NCBI GenBank assembly: GCA_021324535.1
Contig: JAJPIU010000203.1
Span: 5,366 to 69,365 of the forward strand
Reading direction: 5' to 3'
Source: Pseudomonadota bacterium
GTDB taxonomy: Bacteria > Chloroflexota > Ktedonobacteria > Ktedonobacterales > JADMIN01
Length of the DNA stretch: 64,000 nucleotides
The position numbers and the translations under genes were made by a program. Positions within the stretch are counted from its first letter, which is position 1. Each line of letters begins with the position of its first letter. This document shows, in pieces, positions 60,380 through 64,000 of the stretch. The notes beneath the pieces were generated by a model. It ran no database searches. It saw nothing but the letters and a program-made list of their open reading frames with translations, and was not told the DNA's origin.

Positions 60380-61729
60380 ATGAGTCGGCCAGCAGCGTCT
60401 ACCAAAGCGCGTCCTCAGAGCGCCAGGGTTTCCGGCGTCCGACGCCAGCCGCCGACAGGAGCGACAGGAGCAACCGGAGCAACCGGGCAGGCGAGCAAGA
60501 AGAGCAGCGCGTCGTCGGCTGGTTCGGTGAAGGAGCGCTCATCTGCGGTTGTTTCGCAGGCCATGCGAACAGCGCCGTCCGGCGCAGCGGCTGAACAGGG
60601 GAAGCGTGAGACCGTCACGCCAAAGGCCAACACGGCCAAAGCAGCGTCGCGTCCTCCCACGAAGACAAGCAGTAAACCACCGAAGAAAGGCAATTCAGGC
60701 GAACTGCTTGCGGCATTGGCGAAGCTACCAATACGCTGGCTGGCGTTTGGCGCCGTGCTGGTTGCGCTCATTGCCGGTTCGTTCGCGCTCTATCGCGCCT
60801 TTGGCCCCAATGCGGGAAGCGGCTCTACAAGCGGCGGGTCTTCATCCATCTCCGCGCTGCAAGGCGATGACCTCGGCGGGACGCCAGCGCCAAACTTCAC
60901 GCTGACCGATCAAAACGGCAATCCAGTCACGCTCAGTTCGTTGCGTGGCCACCTGATCGCGCTGACCTTCTTCGATTCGCTCTGCCCACATACCGACTGT
61001 TCGTTGATGGCGCAGTATGTGATGGCGAGCGCCAATCTGATGACGCCACAGGAGCGCGCACAGGTGACATGGCTGGCGATCAGCCTAAATCCCTGGCACG
61101 ACACCCCCGCCACGGCCAAAACGTTTTTGTCGTCACACAATGTGACGATCCCCATGCGCTATCTGCTTGGCACGCTGGGGCAGGTCGCTCCCGTCTGGAG
61201 CGACTATCACATGGAATCAATTCTGCAATCCAACGGCATTGTCATCCATACCACCGGCCTCTATATCATCGATCAGCAGGGACTTGAGCGCGTCTTCCTC
61301 GAAGAGGGATTCGATCCCCATATGCTGGCGGACGACCTGCATCTACTGCTGACGAAGCATATTCCTATCAGCGCCAGGGCCACAGCGCAAAGCGATAACT
61401 CCGTCTCGCTGACGCAATCTACAAACACCGGAACGCTGACCCTGCGCGCCATCCCTGGCCAGTATGGCACGTATGACTTCGAGTTATGGGTGTGGGACGC
61501 GAACCAACAACCTGTGCAAGCCGCCCAGGCGACGCTTGATCTGACGATGACCGATATGGTGATGCAGCCGGTGCATGTCGTCTTCCAGCCGGACGCAGAC
61601 CTCGGCTCAGGCGTCTATCAGGCGCACGGCGTGGTCTCGATGGCAGGCCATGCGAAGGTGGTGGTGAATGTGCAGCCGCTGAGTGGCTCGCCCATTCAGG
61701 CGACATTTTACTTCACCGCGAAGTATTGA
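60380..61729 (+). CDS. SCO1/SenC-family thioredoxin-fold copper chaperone with N-terminal disordered region and C-terminal YtkA-like domain
   Basis: FTLTDQNGNPVTLSSLRGHLIALTFFDSLCPHTDCSLM ... HTTGLYIIDQQG fits the SCO pattern, though the Cys motif is CPHTDC rather than the usual CxxxC. The C-terminal ~100 aa are paralogous to the CopCD C-terminus. Confidence 0.75.
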   Translation: MSRPAASTKARPQSARVSGVRRQPPTGATGATGATGQASKKSSASSAGSVKERSSAVVSQAMRTAPSGAAAEQGKRETVTPKANTAKAASRPPTKTSSKPPKKGNSGELLAALAKLPIRWLAFGAVLVALIAGSFALYRAFGPNAGSGSTSGGSSSISALQGDDLGGTPAPNFTLTDQNGNPVTLSSLRGHLIALTFFDSLCPHTDCSLMAQYVMASANLMTPQERAQVTWLAISLNPWHDTPATAKTFLSSHNVTIPMRYLLGTLGQVAPVWSDYHMESILQSNGIVIHTTGLYIIDQQGLERVFLEEGFDPHMLADDLHLLLTKHIPISARATAQSDNSVSLTQSTNTGTLTLRAIPGQYGTYDFELWVWDANQQPVQAAQATLDLTMTDMVMQPVHVVFQPDADLGSGVYQAHGVVSMAGHAKVVVNVQPLSGSPIQATFYFTAKY

Positions 61730-61750
61730 GTTTTAAGAAGGGACAACGAT

Positions 61751-62425
61751 GTGGCAAACGACCGAGAACAGGCCCGCGCGTTCATAGACCAACGGCTGGC
61801 GGAGATTTTCGCGCCCGAAGATGAGGCGTTGCGGGCGGCGCGCGAGGCGACGGCAGCCAACGATATGCCAGCCATCGAGATCTCGCCTATACAGGGACGG
61901 CTGCTTCAGGTATTGGCGCGCGCCTGCAAAGCGCGTTCGATTCTGGAGATTGGCGCGCTGGCAGGCTATAGCGGCATCTGGCTGGCGCGGGCGCTTCCCC
62001 CCGACGGACGCTTCATCTCGTTGGAGGTGAGCGAGAAGCATGCGCAGGTGGCGCGAGCCTCGCTGGCCCGCGCGAACATCGCCGCAAAGACGGAGGTGAT
62101 CGTTGGCCCGGCGACTGAATTGTTGCCTGCGCTCCTTGTTGACGCTCCATTCGATCTGATCTTCATTGACGCCGACAAGCCCAGCTATCTCACCTATCTG
62201 GATTGGGCGATCAAGCTGGCGCGTCCTGGCACAGTGATCGTGGCGGATAACTGCATACGCGGCGGCCCACCACTTAGGGATGACTACGCACAGAGCGATG
62301 ATACGGTGCGCACAGTAGGTGAATACGACCGGCGCGTGGCAAGCGATCCCCGGCTGCTCTCGGTGGCGCTGGCGATTGACGAGGATGCCACCGACGGTTT
62401 CGCCATCTCGGTCGTCGTGGGCTAG
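61751..62425 (+). CDS. Class I SAM-dependent O-methyltransferase (family 3, caffeoyl-CoA OMT-like)
   Basis: SILEIGALAGYSGIWLARAL (SAM motif I) and DLIFIDADKPSY are typical of the family. GTG start with a GAAGGGA SD. Confidence 0.9.
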   Translation: MANDREQARAFIDQRLAEIFAPEDEALRAAREATAANDMPAIEISPIQGRLLQVLARACKARSILEIGALAGYSGIWLARALPPDGRFISLEVSEKHAQVARASLARANIAAKTEVIVGPATELLPALLVDAPFDLIFIDADKPSYLTYLDWAIKLARPGTVIVADNCIRGGPPLRDDYAQSDDTVRTVGEYDRRVASDPRLLSVALAIDEDATDGFAISVVVG

Positions 62426-62522
62426 CGCCATTGCTATGGCGTAACCAGGGACATTGGCGGCGCGTAGACAAGGCGTATTCATCGCAGCGTTTTGCGCTCC
62501 GTCAGCCCTGGGAGGCCGATTC

Positions 62523-63014
62523 ATGCAACAACCCATCAATAGCCAACCGCTTGAAGACACACCCCCTCCACCGCTAGACAATCTCACTCTCCCTTCACAG
62601 CCACTTTCTGCTGGTTCCGTCTACGCGCCCTATCCGCCGTATCCCCCCTATCCTCCCAGCCAGCCCTATCAGCCCTTCGCCAACGGCGTCTATCAACTTC
62701 CTGCCCAGGCGCCGATCATCGTGCCATATCCTGTGCCAGCGACGCCAACCGAACCGGGCTACAATCAGGCGCTCACCAGCGTTATCCTGGGCGCGGTCGG
62801 GCTGGTCAACCTTCCCCTGATCTTTGGCTTTGTGGTCTGCGGCGCGCCAATTGCGCTGGCGCTCTCAACGCTTGGCGTAATCTTTGGCATCCTGGGGTTG
62901 CAGTCGCCCAGTCGCAAGCGCCTCGCGATCATCGGTCTCGCGCTTTCTGGCGTGCCTATCGCCTTGATGCTGCTGTGGATGCTCGTCAGCGCGATTATCG
63001 GCCTGTTTTCGTAG
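62523..63014 (+). CDS. Hypothetical membrane protein with P/Y-rich N-terminus
   Basis: The ATG at 62523 follows GGGAGG. The N-terminus has PYPPYPPYPPSQPYQPF, followed by 3-4 TM helices. The track ORF starts at 62454. Confidence 0.65.
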   Translation: MQQPINSQPLEDTPPPPLDNLTLPSQPLSAGSVYAPYPPYPPYPPSQPYQPFANGVYQLPAQAPIIVPYPVPATPTEPGYNQALTSVILGAVGLVNLPLIFGFVVCGAPIALALSTLGVIFGILGLQSPSRKRLAIIGLALSGVPIALMLLWMLVSAIIGLFS

Positions 63015-63135
63015 GAGGCAGAGCGTCTTGTAGCGCCAACGTCCTCGCTGGCCCGTTCGCTCTGCCAATGGCGCAGGCGAACCCACTTCGCCACCGGCTC
63101 ATTCACAGCGAGAGAAGCCGTCCGAGAGCGCGGCG

Positions 63136-64000
63136 CTACGAGGCCAGTGGGTCGTGTCCACGGTAGGCGGCGTCGAGCACGTCCATCAGATGCAGGACGG
63201 CGATGGGAGCATCCAGCTGGGCCAGTGAGGCGCGCAGTTGCAGCCAGCAGCCGGGGTTTGCAGTGACGACCGCCTGCGCGTCAGTCTCGATCACGTGGTG
63301 GGCTTTGCGTTCGCCCAGACGGTGCGCCATCTTGGGGCGTGTGAGGTTGTAGACCCCTGCGCTGCCACAGCACAGAGCCGCCTCCTCCATCTCGATCAAT
63401 TCAAGCCCTGGGATGGCGCGAAGTAGCTGGCGTGGCTGCGCAGTGATGCGCTGCGCGTGGGCTAGGTGGCAGGCGTCCTGATACGTCACCCGCAGCGAGA
63501 GTGGCGTGAAGCGCGTATTCAGTTCGCCGCGCGCCAGCAGATCGCCAAGCAATTCCGAAGCGTCGCGCACATGGCTGGCGAAGACCTGGGCGCGCTCGCG
63601 CCAGTCAGGATCATCGGCGAAGAGTTCGCCATACTCTTTCAGAGCGGAGCCACACCCTGCGGCGTTTGTCACGATATAGTCGGTCTCTGTCATGCCATCC
63701 GCGAACGTCTGCTCAAAGGCGAGGATGTTCTGGCGGGCAAGCGCACGGGCGCGCTCCATCTCGCCCGCATGGATGGTCAACGCGCCGCAGCATTCCTGGC
63801 GTGCGGGGGTGATCACCTCGAAGCCGTTGGCGTTGAGCACACGAATGGTCGCGCGGTCGGTCTCGGCGAAGACGGTTCCCATCACACAGCCCACCAGCAG
63901 GGCGACGCGCCCACGCAGGGAAACATCGGCCAGCGGCGGATAGACCTCGCCATTTGGGATGAGGAAGCTGGCGGGCAGATCAGGCAGTAGCGCCTCTTGC
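63136..64000 (-). CDS. (Fe-S)-binding oxidoreductase with two CCG cysteine-rich domains (GlcF / HdrD-like), N-terminus beyond window
   Basis: CCG motifs QECCGALTIHAG and ALCCGSAGVYN. The frame stays open upstream of the track start (63894) to the window end (...QEALLPDLPASFLIPNGEVYPPLADVSLRGRVALLVGCVMG), so the gene is partial. Confidence 0.8.
   Translation of the reverse strand, partial: QEALLPDLPASFLIPNGEVYPPLADVSLRGRVALLVGCVMGTVFAETDRATIRVLNANGFEVITPARQECCGALTIHAGEMERARALARQNILAFEQTFADGMTETDYIVTNAAGCGSALKEYGELFADDPDWRERAQVFASHVRDASELLGDLLARGELNTRFTPLSLRVTYQDACHLAHAQRITAQPRQLLRAIPGLELIEMEEAALCCGSAGVYNLTRPKMAHRLGERKAHHVIETDAQAVVTANPGCWLQLRASLAQLDAPIAVLHLMDVLDAAYRGHDPLAS

Overview
High-GC bacterial chromosomal window. 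The gene style (long low-complexity tails on housekeeping proteins, many XRE/TPR/STAND regulators, YVTN and BNR propellers) is reminiscent of Chloroflexota/Ktedonobacteria or Actinobacteria, but that taxonomic call is inference only. There are about 50 densely packed protein genes, many translationally coupled through 4-nt ATGA overlaps, and one tRNA-Pro(CGG). Content is mostly core functions: partial eda, M16 peptidase, comEC, TerC, secD/secF, an nth-like glycosylase, M3 oligoendopeptidase, rho, rplI, acyl-CoA thioesterase, glnA, an ECF sigma/anti-sigma pair, M48 peptidase, NUDIX, a K+ channel, two flavin reductases, a GT39-like glycosyltransferase, HNH endonuclease, a WYL regulator, trmD, GNAT, an HTH-STAND-TPR ATPase and PadR. 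From about 50.4 to 61.7 kb lies a copper / cytochrome-oxidase-assembly neighbourhood: a CtaG-like protein, YVTN and BNR propellers, a three-gene two-component operon, CopC, a CopC-CopD fusion and SCO. I saw no CRISPR array, integrase, intact transposase, prophage or recognisable defence operon; the only mobile-element trace is a decayed Rpn/DUF4351-like remnant. No finding here amounts to a demonstrated novel system. The items most worth a second look are: (1) an AT-rich islet (32.75-35.4 kb) with a near-consensus promoter, a 128-nt three-helix RNA element, a Cys-rich 37-codon micro-ORF and an XRE-HTH+TPR receptor-like regulator; (2) three paralogous Met-rich YtkA/FixH-like domains spread over a small membrane protein, CopCD and SCO, the first being co-operonic with an intramembrane-type histidine kinase; (3) a Rho factor whose N-terminal ~600 aa are prion-like low complexity, preceded by ~1 kb of non-coding leader; (4) a WYL regulator divergent from an uncharacterised SH3-like + 297-aa operon; (5) several perfect palindromes and direct repeats in promoter regions. 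All functional calls come from reading motifs in the translations by eye; no database search was run.
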